In this document: positions 12,502 to 25,499 of the stretch, piece after piece
Layout: every line of letters begins with the position of its first letter
Numbering within the stretch: position 1 is the stretch's first letter
Assembly: GCF_018350175.1 (NCBI RefSeq)
Contig: NC_058368.1
Location: 96,846,001 to 96,910,000 of the forward strand
Length of the DNA stretch: 64,000 nucleotides
Direction of reading: 5' to 3'
Origin: Felis catus
Taxonomy: Eukaryota
Notes under the pieces: model-generated
What the model saw: only the letters and a program-made list of their open reading frames with translations
Told to the model about the DNA's origin: nothing
The model's database searches: none
Position numbers and translations under genes: made by a program

Positions 12502-14559
12502 TGTGCGGTGGACAAGGGCTCAAACAAAATGCCAACTCCCAAAATGAACCCCTGCAAAACTTAGTGTTGTCATCACCTTGTTGTGTGCTTTCTAACTTGA
12601 TGGAAGCTGGTGGCTGGCAGGAGAAGAGGTACACATAGATACGACAATGATAATAGCACTGCCTTGGAGGCTGCTTGCTTTTATGGCCTAAACACCATCT
12701 CCAGGAGTAAATGTTTCCATCACAGTGTGACAAATGTAATAGGTTTTGGAGGTCGCATTTTCAAAAATTAATAATACACATGCTGTGTGAAAACATTATG
12801 TTCAGAGGCATTTTTTTAGGAGTTTCAAATAGAATATCTTAAAGAAATCATCCTAAAATGAGGTCATAAAGTTTCCCAATGTATGATTCTAGCAAGAGTG
12901 CATGGGGAGTAGATTTATCAACTGCAGGGTATGAAAAGGTAACAAAAAACTGGGGCGTCATCAGTGTGTCTGTTCTATTAATTATTTTAAAATTACATTA
13001 ATCACAGGCTTTAGCCATAGTACAACAGGGAATCAGTTAGTAGGTGTCTATGAAAGATTGAGAGGGAAAATGCACACAGACCACATAAATAATAAACCAG
13101 AAAGAAAAAGCTAGCTTCTATCCCACCCAGTCTCCTTCAGAAACCCTGGGGAAAAAAAACCTACTTTTATATGCTCAATTCAAGGGAAAATTTAACAACC
13201 ACATGGTATCAATTAAAGATAGACCCTATCCTGAATTCACGGACCTAATGGAAAATTACTTGATTATTATAATTTGGATTATTATAATTGCTAATGAAAG
13301 CCACTTGACTTTGATTTGGCTTCCAGGATAATCTTCAAAAAGCCTTTGCTTGATTTCTTCATTCTGAAAGGAGCAAAGTGGGAAAACCAAATCATTTACT
13401 CCTTAGATAAGTGATGCTTTTACTTCTGCCCATGTATATATAAACAGTAAAGAACTAAGAACATTAGATACACATTGAACATGGATTTTGAGACAGTCAT
13501 ACAGCCAAGTACATGCAAACGAAGGCATTTTGTTTAATCCGTAAGAAGCTTAACACGCAGGACACACGTGGGCAAGAATATATAGTGGGACAAAGAAGGG
13601 GGTAAGCAGTCTGAGATCCCATGATCATCAAAGTCAGAATTCTTTATTCTTCAATTCAACTGAGATCATCTCCCTTGACTAGAATAAGGTATTGTCCACT
13701 GAGCGACAAATATAGACAGCTTCAGCAGCTTGAGTTATGCAAGCAATGTTGCTATGGAAAAGTTTTAAATTTACTATAACCTGAAATTTGTTATCTATGT
13801 TAAGTTAGTACTTAGACACACCTCAGGTGATGAACTTGTGAAGCTTCCCAAATCTCCCCAGTGGATGTCAGGGGGACTAAAGTAACAGTATTTACTGAGC
13901 ATCTTGTATGGACCATTCATTATGTAAGGTGTTGGAGAAACCAAAAAGGAACATGACCTCAGAAGGTTCACAGGACACAGTGTACAAACAGAAATGGTGA
14001 GCCAGTAATGCCTTGCCTTAAATGTTAACTGCCAAACAAGGGTGGTTTAGAAAATTGGTGCATAGCAATTCCTGGTTGTAGGTCACCGGGTCATACAATC
14101 AGGTAAAGAAATTTAACTTAATCTTGGAACAGGACCAGAGGATCCAAAGAGACAACCAGAGATTCCTGTCTATGAGCTGTACTGTGTCCAAATCTGGACA
14201 TGAGAAAGGTATACATCCTTGAAGAGGTAAATGTTACCTCAACAGTAGCAAGAAAAAGTCTGGAGTGTGTGAGGTAATCATTCCCCTCACAGAAGATGCT
14301 TTTAATTTACTAGAATTAGCAGTTGTTTGATTGGTCAATTGGCTGTTTTTAACCTCTAGCAAGATCAGGAAAGAGATTAGGGCACAAATACACAGAGCCA
14401 AACATGAATGTGCCATGTTTCACACATAAAGACAAAGTAATAAGTAGACAAGATACTTGGAGTTTTTCTAGCGGTGCTCAGTGTTTCTAATGCGTAGAGT
14501 TCTATTCCTGCCCATGGTCTCCTGTGACGAGGTGAACATTTGAGAAGTAATCACCGGAT

Positions 14560-14765
14560 AAGAGCACAGGGTTTGAAGTGAGAGAGCTCTGATCTCATTT
14601 TCTAGCTGTGTCATTTACTAGGTATGACACCTTGGCCAAACCACTTGTCCTCCATGAGTCTAGATCTCTTGACTAGAAAAATGTGACTATAAAACACTCA
14701 GCTCAAAGGAGAATTATAGGGATTCAATCAGAGAATGCATATGAAGCTCGTGATATTTAGTAGGT
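14560..14765 (+). mobile_element. MIR
   Basis: tcatttactaggtatgacaccttggccaaaccacttgtcctccatgagtc; degenerate core. Confidence 0.65.
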
Positions 14766-15675
14766 ATTCAAAAAAAGAAAAAAAAGTCCACTATTCTTGC
14801 AACTAAGCTTGAAAGGTGGCTCCAGCCATGGAAAACAAATTGCCAAATGACCAAAGACCCTCCCTGCTGCCTCCAGGACTGAGTGATGGCCTCATTGCCA
14901 CCAGCTGAGCTAACTGGCCACAAAGCAAGGAAAAGAGGAACCATCCAAAACAAAATGCTAGAAGCTAAAGAACCATCAAAAAAGATAGACCACAGGGGTA
15001 ATTGGCTAGAAGAGGTCAGATCCTTTAAGGAGAAAACAGAGCCCCACTCTAAGGCCATGTGGAGACTGAGCTGTAAATTACTTGGCAGAAAATACCCATT
15101 CTAAGCAAGGGCCTACATGCTAGGTTCTTTCTCCACATTTCAATCCGTTAACCACCCATAGCCTCACTCCCATATTCCAGCGTGTCAACACTTCCAATGT
15201 CCTTCTTCCTCATTATGGAGGACACATTGAACAGGCCACATGGAGAGATTTACACAGCCATGGCTGTCAGGAGAAATTCTAGCACAGTGATTTACTTCAG
15301 TATGGAATTCAACACCAGAACCAGAAATCCTTCATTATCATTTAATATGAATCTATTTCATTAACTAATTTAAAATCATGCATAATTCATCACAGGCATT
15401 GTTCATTTATAGTTTAGCATGTATTTCCCTAGATGTCGCCTCCATAATAGCTTTTCCTCATTATTTTTCTTGCATAAATGATTGAGATGATATACAACAT
15501 TACTTTATCAATGGAAATGGGATGGCTCTTTATTCTTTGTCAAATTGGGTCACTGATTTCCCTATGTAACATAATATTTCCCATCTTGTGTTTTCAAAAC
15601 CTTTCCCTAGCCATTCTCATTGTGTCCTTTTATAATGATGCTTTTATCAATCTGATTGTATTATTTTGTCTACTT

Positions 15676-15883
15676 TATTTTATTAAATGTTTATTTGAGA
15701 CAGTGAGTGCATGTGTGAGCACATGTGAGAAGAGGAGGGGCAGAGAGAGAGAGAATCACAAGCAGGCTCAAACACTCAGCATGGAGCCCAATGCAGGGCT
15801 CAAACCCACAACTCTAAGATCATGACCTGAGCCAAAATCAACAAGAGTCAGACACTTAACGAACTGAGCCACCCAGGCATACC
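15676..15883 (-). mobile_element. Can-SINE
   Basis: agatcatgacctgagccaaaatc...actgagccacccaggc. Confidence 0.93.
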
Positions 15884-16169
15884 TACTTTTTTTTATTTTA
15901 AAAGCAAACAATCTGTGACACAAAATCTATGATACTTTCTCAAGTAAAATTGGGTGACAGACTTAAATCTAGAATTAAAATCTCCTTGTTTCAAAATCCT
16001 CTGATTTTCTAAGCAAAAATCCAACATTTGTTTTTCCTCCCTTGACAAATTACCTATATGAAGACATTTATCTATAGGGTAACAAATTGGTGTTAAGTCC
16101 TCCCTATTAGCATATAATAATAATAATAACAACAACAACAATAATGTTTAAGTATGGTCCTAAAATGTC

Positions 16170-16800
16170 AATTTTATTATTATTCAGGTATAGGACAGCC
16201 AACAGGCAAGGAGATGATTTCTATTAAAAAGATGGGCATTGAGGAGGGCACCTGTTGGGATGAGCACTGGGTGTTGTATGGAAACCAATTTGACAATAAA
16301 TTTCATATTAAAAAAAAAAAAAGAAAGAAAAGAAAAGATGGTTTGTTGCTCACAGTTCCCAAGAGGAGCAGCCACACCACTCTGATAGATGTCACAAGGG
16401 GAAGCACCAGGGTCAGCTGGGAAGCAGAGGGAATAATGGGCAAGAGCCTTTCTTGCAGTTTTCATAGGAAGGAATGGGTGAGCCAGGGAAATCAGGGTTA
16501 GGGCTGACTGGTTTGAATAATTTCAGTGAGCTCTGGGGCTTAAAGGTTGTCCTCAATTGTCTGATCCCCATCCCTGGGATAATTAAGGCAGAGGAATAGT
16601 AGTCCTGAGTGTAAGAACCCAACAGAGGAGAGGTGAGGGCTTGGGTTCTGAATTAGTTAGTTGCCATGTAGAAAAGGCACCCTCTCAGGTGAGTCATGTA
16701 TTATCTTTAGGAATTGGCTAGTCCTGGGAGGAGTAATCTCTCCAGGATCCATAAGGCTCCAGATGTCAAAGCACCAGAAACACAGGATTCATACAAATAC
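16170..16800 (-). mobile_element. ERVL solo LTR (MER76-like), interrupted by an L1 3' end
   Basis: gctcacagttcccaagagg...ggggaagcaccagggtcag...gggcaagagcc...gtttgaataatttcag...ccagatgtcaaagca match the recalled MER76 consensus. Confidence 0.7.
16231..16332 (+). mobile_element. Young felid L1 3' terminus (heavily 5'-truncated)
   Basis: gatgggcattgaggagggcacctgttgggatgagcactgggtgttgtatggaaaccaatttgacaataaatttcatatt + A tail; TSD aaaagatgg (16227-16235 / 16333-16341). Confidence 0.9.
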
Positions 16801-16839
16801 CTGGTCACTCATAGGTGCCACACACAATACTAAGATCTC

Positions 16840-17079
16840 AGCATGCACTTTTACATGCAATCCCTAAAAACCCTGTAAACTAAATACTGACATCACCATC
16901 TCTGTTTTATAGATGGGGACCTGAGATTTAGAGACCATAGGTATGGAACACACAGCTAATAAGTGTGGGGATAGGAACTTCACCCCCTGCAGCCCAGCTA
17001 CAGGGTTCATGTGTTTTTTTTTAATTTTATTTATTTATTTTGAGGGAGAGAGAGCACATGCATGAGTGGGAGATGGGAG

Positions 17080-17127
<48 letters not shown>

Positions 17128-17280
17128 CTCAAGTAGGCTCCTCATTGTCAGCGCAGAGCCCGATGTCGGCTCAATCTCACAAACTGTGAGATCATGACCT
17201 GAGCCAAAACCTAGAGTCAGATGCTTATCCAACAGAGTCACCCAGGCACCCTCAGGGCTCATGCTTTTAGTCACTGCACT
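16840..17280 (-). mobile_element. MIR, interrupted by a Can-SINE
   Basis: ctgttttatagatggggacctgagatttagaga...acacagctaataagtg. Confidence 0.75.
17013..17252 (-). mobile_element. Can-SINE with (GA)n
   Basis: TSD cagggttcatg / cagggctcatg; (GA)n at about 17083-17124. Confidence 0.95.
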
Positions 17281-17990
17281 GCAGAGTGTCTTCAGAGAAT
17301 TTAAGAAATGTCATTGATGACTTTAACTTTTCCATAATGTTTCCATTAGCCCCCAATCATATCCAGGTTATCGTGTTCCTAAGCTGATGAATCAGTTCAA
17401 TTTGTGTTCAGGTAACATGGTTTAGAATCTGCTGGGTGAACGGACGCAGAGATGGAAGTAAGGAATAAAAGACTAAGAAATGTGAGACAAGGATCTTGAC
17501 TTAGTAACTTTTACAGTCAAACTCCAAAGTAAGTCTTCTGACATATAGTTTTTCTTTTATCATAACTTCTCTGTCTCTTTTCAGATGTATCTTGAATTTT
17601 GTCTCCAAATCTAACTGAAAAAACATTGTCATCGCACGGCCAAGAGAAAGAACATAACCTCCGAATTTCAAAGATGAGGTTCTAGCTCACAAGGGCATTG
17701 GAAAAACAAGTGAGTTTAAAATATTATGATACAGAGTCCAGGGGAGAAAAAAGTGGGTATGTGAATCCTAATCTGAACAAAGCCAACTAGAAGATTCACC
17801 TAAAAGTCTCCCTAGCTGAGTTCACAGATCTGCCAGGAGGCAAAAATTTCTGAAGATGCCTGTCACCAACGCTGGCTACCAAAGATTTGGATTCCTTGGC
17901 TCCCATGCTCATTAACTGTGCCAACTCCATTATGAAAGAGCATTAATATTACCAGTAATAGCATCCACCTCTGCATCCATCACCCACCCA

Positions 17991-17991
<1 letters not shown>

Positions 17992-18030
<39 letters not shown>
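17992..18030. repeat. (CA)n microsatellite
   Basis: perfect CA run. Confidence 0.98.
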
Positions 18031-18033
<3 letters not shown>

Positions 18034-18254
18034 CATAATGCCATGGAGACACATCAGGGACACCTTCTGGAGATAAGAACTTACTCTGCTTGCAGGATCT
18101 TATTGAATGTACTGAACTCAGGAAGAAAGAGGTCCCAGCTCTGAGGAGGAAATCTTCTCTTTTTTCCAGTTTAGTTTTTGACTGCCTCTCAACTCACAGG
18201 TATTCAATACTGTACTAACTGGCATTTCAAAGACAATAAGAGGGCTATTATGAA

Positions 18255-18391
18255 TAGGTGGACCATATAATGTATTATATCAGCTGACACACTTTGGGGG
18301 GGGGGTACAAGGGGTCACTATTAATAGTCATATAAGGACAAGAGGCAATATTGGGTTCTATTCCAGACAAACAAAATGTCTGAGCACCTTA
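18255..18391. mobile_element. hAT-Blackjack MITE (MER94-like)
   Basis: taggtggaccatataatgtatt...aaggggtcactattaata...gagcaccttag; degenerate terminal inverted repeats. Confidence 0.65.
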
Positions 18392-18959
18392 GCTGTGGGA
18401 AAGACAAGACCCAGCTACCTTGACATTCATGCTGGCTTTGGAGATGTTTGTCCTCACATGTCATCTGTGAGCCCTCAGCGGACACCAGGAGAGTCAGCCT
18501 TTGAAAGCCACTTTGTGATCACATCTCTCTATAAAGTTTCTCCCAAATGTATAAGCAAAGTGAATATCAAGGTTTACACAGCTTTCTGTGGGAAATTATG
18601 ACACTGTTAAACAATGAAAGGCTTCATATTCTAAATTTACACCAATCCCCAAAGGAATCAATGAACCATTCTAAGATAACCAATAACTGAATATATCACT
18701 GAGATTATACAATGTTATAGAGCCAAGAAATGGTACTATCTATAAGAACAAATTAGGAGAAAATGGCCCACCCCAATACCACTTGGGTGTTCAGCTCAAC
18801 TGATTTAAGGAAAATTTAGGAGTTGCTATTAGAACCACTGGCCATAGAAGGACTGAACATCTGAGAGGAAGAAAGGAACCAAGTATCAATACCTCTAAGC
18901 CAAAGTAGAGGGACATTCCTGATTTAATTAGATGTGTACTATTGCATGACTAAATGTCA

Positions 18960-19260
18960 ATAATCTTACTCCCACAAAGCAGAAAATCTAGTATAGGGAG
19001 CTATACAAGGCACATAGGCATGCATAATAAAAACTGGGTGAGTACCTTCAATGACACAAGAAAAAACAGCTTAGAGGTCTCAAAGGAAGAAAATGTCAGG
19101 GCTGGCATAGGATTACAATATCGAAGGAGCAAGAAATGTTACCTGGAGGAGGCAGAATTGGAAACCATGATTTAAAGATGGAAATGATTTTGACAATCAA
19201 AGGGAGATGAGAGGCGTCCTGGGCACAGGTTGTGATGTAAGCAAAGGAACAAAGCAAAAG
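18960..19260 (-). mobile_element. L2 fragment
   Basis: acctggaggaggcagaattgg...taaagatgg...gggcacaggttgtgatgtaagcaaagg. Confidence 0.5.
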
Positions 19261-20049
19261 ACTCCTCACTCCTAGAAATGTAGGTCAGGGGCTAGAATGT
19301 GAGAGAATCTTCAAGTTAAGTAGCTTCTACTACAAGGCTTTCTTTACAGCAATTGCAGAGGAATGATTCAGTTATAATCTCTAAAAACTTGCCATGATTA
19401 TTGTGATTATTCATGAGAATTAGCATACCTTTGGGAAATAGAATATTGATGGAAGTATTTGTATGCTCCGATCCAAAGGTAAAATCCCCCAAGTCAGCCC
19501 AGCTGTGAGTAACCTAGATAAAAAATGAAATTGCAAATTTTTGTAATCTAAAAGCAAAAATAGCAAAATAGAAGTTGCAAACTAGCTAAGACTCTCTTCG
19601 GTTTTTTGCACATTAAAGCCTTGCATGAAGTGTAGCTATTTCTGAATATCACAAAAACTTTAAAGATGTTTTAAAATGCTTTTGAATTTCATGAAATTGA
19701 AGCATGGTCTTCCTCCAGAACAACATGGTAGAATAATTAGGGCAGTAACTCATGATTCCTACAGAATACATCTGACCAACTCTTCACTAGTAACAGTAGC
19801 TAACACTTAAATAGTGCTTGTTATGTGCCCAGTACTGTTTTAAACACTTCACATATATTTATGGAAACAACCCTCTGCTCAAATGAAATTGTAGGCCTAG
19901 TCGAAAGCAGTAAGACAAAACACGTAATTAGCCATGAGAATCTGCCGCACCCTGGGGGAACAGATTTCCTACAGAAGTAGACAATGTGAATCCCATGTCA
20001 GGGAATGTTTGCATAGCTCCTACATTGAGAACTACAGGGACATTAAAAA

Positions 20050-20550
20050 ATTATGGCAGACATGTTTATTTACCTTACAAAGTTTCCAGAAAAAATTATG
20101 GTTGCCAACATTCTAAGGTTATGAAATGGGTGCCTGGGTGGCTTGGTCGGCTGGATGTCTGACTCTTGGTTTCAGCTCAGGTCATGATCTCGTGGTTGTG
20201 GGTTCGAGCCCTGTGTCTGGCTCTATGCTGACAGTGCAGAGCCTGCTTAGGATTCTCTCTGCCCCTACCCCGCTCGCTCTCTTTCTCAAAATAAATACAT
20301 AAACTTAAAAATCTTTAAGGTTATGAAATGTGATATTAAAATTTGTATGTCTGGCTTCTGATATCTGGCTTCTGAAAATCTGAAGATCTACCAACTGTGG
20401 ATCCCCTCACCTTACATGTCACTAATACACAGGGCAGAATCCTGGGTGAACCCTTTAGACAGTCTACGTGCTCTGCTCTTTAGCTCACGACTGCCTCTGC
20501 CCTGCACCCATCGTGGCCTATAGGCATCAGGTTTGAAAATGTTGGCCTCG
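20050..20550. mobile_element. hAT-Charlie fossil (MER102-like), interrupted by a Can-SINE
   Basis: ggttgccaacatt...tctggcttctgaaaatctgaagatct...ccctttagaca. Confidence 0.55.
20128..20315 (+). mobile_element. Can-SINE
   Basis: perfect 15-bp TSD taaggttatgaaatg (20114-20128 / 20316-20330). Confidence 0.95.
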
Positions 20551-20917
20551 GGAATAAATTTCAAATGCTGAATATATCTTGCCTAAATGTATGGCTGGGA
20601 TATGGTTACTAGATCCGAGAGAGGTATACTTTGAATGTTTTGACTTGGCTAGGAAAGAGTGGAGGTTCAGATAATGTGTCCAGCCTGTTAAGATTTGAAC
20701 ATATCACCTTCGTTTTCCAATTATTTTTCTTTTATTTCTTGTTATAGAATCTTTACATAACAGAATTAGAGGTGGTCTGGTACTATATCTTCCCTTTGTA
20801 GACACGAATACTCGAGCCCACTGGCGGTGGAATTAATCCTAGGACTAGCTGTTGACACCACCAAATTCATGACAGATATTTGTCCCCTGGGGGGGGGGGG
20901 GTTGGTCCATTCCTAAG

Positions 20918-21163
20918 TATTTTATTTTATTTTATTTTATTTTATTTTATTTTATTTTATTAATGTTTATTTGTGTGCATGTGAGAGAGAGTCAAAGCAT
21001 GAGCAGGGGAAGGGCAGAGAGAGAGGAAGACACAGAATCCGAAGCTGGCTTCAGGCTCCAAGCTGTCGGCACAGAGCACAACACAGGGCTCAAACTCATG
21101 AACTGTGAGATCATGACCTGAGCTAAAGTTGGATGCTTAACCAACTGAGCCACCCAGGCACCT
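20918..21163 (-). mobile_element. Can-SINE with (TTTTA)n tail
   Basis: TSD ttcctaagtatttta / ttcttacgtatttta; pentanucleotide tail. Confidence 0.95.
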
Positions 21164-21726
21164 CTTTTCTTACGTATTTTAATTTATTGTTATTGGAGTT
21201 TCTACATATTGTGGGTGCGTACACACTCATGTGTGTTTAAGAGTGAAGAGAATAGATGTGACTTAACCTTAAATTAAATGAAAAAGAACTAGGGAGACAA
21301 ATAAATGGTCCTGATCATTAAATGTACATTATGGAAATTAGCCAGGTTTTGTTTGGAAGGAAGGCAGAGTCCATCATTCAAGAATGACATCTAGTCGATT
21401 TTTTTTCCACTGAAGGTAATAACAGCAGGGACTGGGCATGGCCTCGAACTCAGAGAACATTGAGACGATCCATTAAAATTTACAATCCTATTCCTAGAGC
21501 AAAGAGAAGCCTCTAGAGGTCTTTCTTGGCTTAGCCTCCAATCCTAATTATAACTCACAAAGGGATTTCTTAATCCAAGAATAGCTTCTTTAACATTAGA
21601 GTAAAGAATAAAATGGTAAAAACTAATCATCCATATGAGGGCCACAGAAGGTCATATTCAGAGCTAAAAAGGGAAAGTTTTCCTACACTAGGACTTTCCT
21701 GGCATTGCACTGGCCATATGATCAGC

Positions 21727-22319
21727 TGTATTTGCTTACTTGGGCTACCAGAGCGAAATACCACAGACTGAGTAGCTTAAACAACAGAAATTTATTTTCT
21801 TATACTGCTGGAAGCTGGAAGTCTGAGATACAGGTGTTGAAAGGTTTGGTGTCTCCTGAGGCCACTCTCCTTGGCTTGTAAGATGGCCAGCTTCTTGTTA
21901 CCCCACATACCTCCCTGGGTCTCTACCTCTTCTTTTTTTTTTTTAATTTTTAATGTTTATTTATTTTTGAGAGAGAGACAGAAGATAGAAGGGGGAGCGG
22001 CAGACAGAGAGGGGGACACAGAATCTGAAGCAGGCTCCAGGCTCTGTCGGCACAGAGCCGGACACAGGGCTTGAACCCACAAACCACAAGATCATGACCT
22101 GAGCTGAAGTCGGACACTTAACTGACTGAGCCACCCAGGTGCCCCTCTACCCCTTCTGATAAGCTCACCCAATTTATTGCATTAGGGACCACCAGATGAC
22201 CTCATTTACTCTTAATTAACACTTTAAAGTCCCTACATCCAAATACAGTTACATTCTGATGTACTTGGATTAGTACTTCAACTTATCAATTTTGGGGGAA
22301 TGCAATTCAGCCTATAACA
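21727..22319 (-). mobile_element. MaLR LTR (MLT1A/B-like), interrupted by a Can-SINE
   Basis: aaataccacagactgagtagcttaaacaacagaaatttattttct...ggaagtctgagat...atgacctcattt...caattcagcctataaca. Confidence 0.9.
21933..22145 (-). mobile_element. Can-SINE
   Basis: TSD tctacctcttct / tctaccccttct. Confidence 0.95.
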
Positions 22320-22574
22320 TCAGCACAAAGTCAAGAGAGAATCCGTGAAAAAAAGTGAAAAAAAGTTTCAGAGGGACCAGAATAGAGATCTTGATTTAGC
22401 CACAGAAAGTTAATACCCAAGATCCCCACCTCCCCGCCCCGGGTCCACAGAATTCTTATTCCATGTCTATGTGGGTCAAACTATTCTAGGATTGCAGCTA
22501 AAGAGTACAACTGTCCTCCAACCACATCCTAGCATGTCTATACGCCTACTGCATATCTCACTGGGAATGACTTA

Positions 22575-22690
22575 GGAGGGTCAGGCCAGGAGGCACTCAG
22601 AGCCAGCACTTGGAGAACTCAGAGTAAGTGCTTCTCTAAATGTTGCACCCTGGGCATCTGCCTTGGTGCACCCTAGTTTTGGCCCGAGGA
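22575..22690. mobile_element. hAT-Tip100 MITE (MER91-like)
   Basis: gagtaagtgcttctctaaatgttgcaccctgggcatctgccttggtgcaccctagttttggccc. Confidence 0.6.
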
Positions 22691-23559
22691 CATCCAGTTA
22701 GAGACAGCAGCCCTGGAAGGAGCTGAGACTGAGAAATCACATAGCTTCTGATTCAAATTGCAGGTCAGCTTTATGTTCAGGTTAGGAGGAAGGAAAGTGG
22801 GGGACCACCAGAGTAATTTCCCGACTTCCTTGCTCCTCGTGTTAAGGTATAGATAGCAGTCAGAAGAGAAAGTAAAAAAAAAAAAAGTCAAAGAGGGCAT
22901 ATGGACATGAAGTTATTTGGAACATATATTTTATCTAAAATATGTAGACAATATATTAAAATCTATCAGCCATTTTAAAGGTAATAAAGGAACAGTTATG
23001 GCTAAAGAGATACTCACGGCAAGCACATACGTGGACTCAATAGAACCACTGGGCCATCACTCTCTCCCCTAAACACAGCAGAGGACAGAAGACACGTGAT
23101 AGTGAGGTATATATGAGATCACTTAAAGCTGGTAATTCTAAGGTTGTTCTGTACTTTCCACTGGGAGATCTAAGATTCAAACTTGCTAGATCCGGAAGCT
23201 GATCTTCTAGGATGTTACTGTAAACACACTGAGTATTCCTGTGTTTGGGATTTTTTTTTTTTAATCAAGGTGGCATGATTCATACCTGTTTCAGGTACTT
23301 CAAGTTCACCCATGGGTCAAGCCCCACTGAAAGACAATGGTTGTAATGACTTTTTTGTTTGCTTCCTCCAAGCCTCTGCCAGATGGAGGCTTAAAGCACA
23401 GAACAGCACAGACCATGAAACATCTTTAGCTGTACTAGGCCACTAACCACAGTTCTCTTCTCCAGGCCCCTGGTTTGATTAGGAAGTATTAAATTCAATT
23501 CTTCTGCAGAACTCTTTAGTTTAATTATGGTATAAAGGTTGACATAATTAGATGACAGC

Positions 23560-23880
23560 TGGAAGAAGAAAAAAGGCTAAAAAGTGACTTAGTAACTGTC
23601 TTAACTACAGAAAGGATTTCATGAACTCTATTAATGAAGTGAAGGGTTATCGTAAGGAATGGGCTATTCCATAGATGCAAAGACGGGGTGGACGGCATAA
23701 ATGGATCTTAGGAGAAGAATTCTAGTTAGTTCATAAGAGAATTTTTTGAAATCTTCTGAGGTTAAATACTAGACTATATCCTGGAGCCATTGACAAGGAT
23801 AGTTGTTTTATAGACCCACAATCTCTTCAAAGTCTTTACAAACTTCATGGATCTCTGTCTGAAATGACACTTTGTTCCTG
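23560..23880 (+). mobile_element. CR1/L3 3' fragment
   Basis: gtgacttagtaactgtcttaactac...ctagttagttcataagagaatt...ggatctctgtctgaaatg resemble the L3 3' end. Confidence 0.5.
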
Positions 23881-25213
23881 AAGTCTCTTAAATTTTTCTC
23901 TAGCAAAACTGATCACCTTGGTCACATAAAAATGTTCTGGAAAGAAACCCTATTAGCCCACAGCTTAGTGTACTTGATGTAGTATAGAAATGTTTATAGT
24001 ATCTGAAAATGCTTATTGAATGACAATGAATGAATGGAAGGAAAGCATGGTTTAGTAGCCAAAACCCAGAAGTTCATTTCACTGAATTCACTCTGCTGTG
24101 GAAGAAGAGCAACCAGATTGCATTTTTTAGTGAAAATTATACTGGGAAGCATTTGCTTCAGTGATAGATCATGTATTAATTAGAATAAAAGCACTATTGC
24201 CATAAGGGACATTACAAGGCCATGATAATAAATCTGCATGAACACACCTCTATCAGCCCACGACCATTTCCCAAGCCAGGCCTCACTTCATTCATTAGGT
24301 GGATCTTCCTAGCAGTAAGAGATTAACATTCTGCAACCTTGAGGCTCTAGCTCCGTCTGTACTTGGTATCTCAGTGATTCAAAGAAATTATTTTGCCTCA
24401 GACAAGTTGAAGAATTAGGGCATTTCTGAGAATACAGACAGGAAAATGTCATGAGTGTCTTATGGTTTAGCACCTGGGAAAACCAGCTCCTGGCTGTTAT
24501 TTCTACTCCAGATTTAAATTTCCAGGCGTCAGTTAGATTGGACCAGCAAATGTCACACACCCAGGCCATGGTCAGGGGAGGATAGATGCTCAATCAGAAA
24601 CCAGGTTGCTTTATGAGAAGAGGGTGTGTACCAGGCAGACAAAAAGCACACAGGGCCACTTCAATCCCCTGTGCTTCACAGACAGAAAATTAACATTGCA
24701 ACTCATGCAACAAACTGTGTCAGGTTTAGGAAAATGAATGATATTAACATTAACATTACAGGACGCATCCCGAGCAGTCATGCATAGAATCTATGCAATA
24801 AGTACTCACTTTCAGTTATCAGATTCATATCATGACTGGTTTCTGAGAGGCCCCTGATTCCTATCATCTACTTCCTCCCACATCACCTTCCAGCCATGAC
24901 AGAAGTGTTACAAAACAAGGGAAGAATACAGAGATAATGTAAGGACATGTAGGATAGTGGACTACTTCTGATCAGTCACTACAAAGGTACCTCTTAAACT
25001 CTTAAACCAATTTTTCATTACTGCTGTTCTTTCTATTTATAAGTCAAGGTTTTGTCTAGTCCTCTTGATTCCTTGGAGATTTCTAGTCCTGGTTTACTAA
25101 CTCTCTGCAATTTAAAATGTGGGTCAAGAGCAAGTTGCAAAGTCCTTTAATTAATTATGCTCTTCACAGCTTTCAAATTCTCCTTGCAGTGACAGCTCAT
25201 CACTTACTGCCTC

Positions 25214-25499
25214 GTTTTATTTTTTCCCCCAGCTTTACTGAGATTTAATTGACAATTAAATTGCATTTATTGAAGGTGTACAACTCAATGATTTAACATA
25301 CCTATACATTACAAAATAATCACCACAATCAAGCCAATTAACATATCCATCACCTCACATAGTTGTCGTCTTCTTTGTTTGTTAAGGTGACAACACTTGA
25401 TATCTATCTACCCTCTTAAGCAAATTTCAAGTATTCAATATAGCATTATTAACTAGAGTCACAATGCTGTAGAGTATATCCCCAGAATGTATTCATCTT
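25214..25499 (-). mobile_element. L1 (L1MA8/9-like) 3' terminus, non-inverted part of a 5'-inverted L1
   Basis: cagctttactgagatttaattgaca...aattaacatatccatcacctcacatagtt...ccctcttaagcaaatttcaagta. Confidence 0.9.

Noticed and set aside
13730..13765. C/EBP-like ttatgcaa next to an RFX-like gttgctatggaaa
   Set aside because: Imperfect single motifs with no independent support.
17560..17685. Strong plus-strand acceptor (ctctgtctcttttcag) suggesting an exon
   Set aside because: No good donor or convincing coding frame follows; such acceptors occur by chance.
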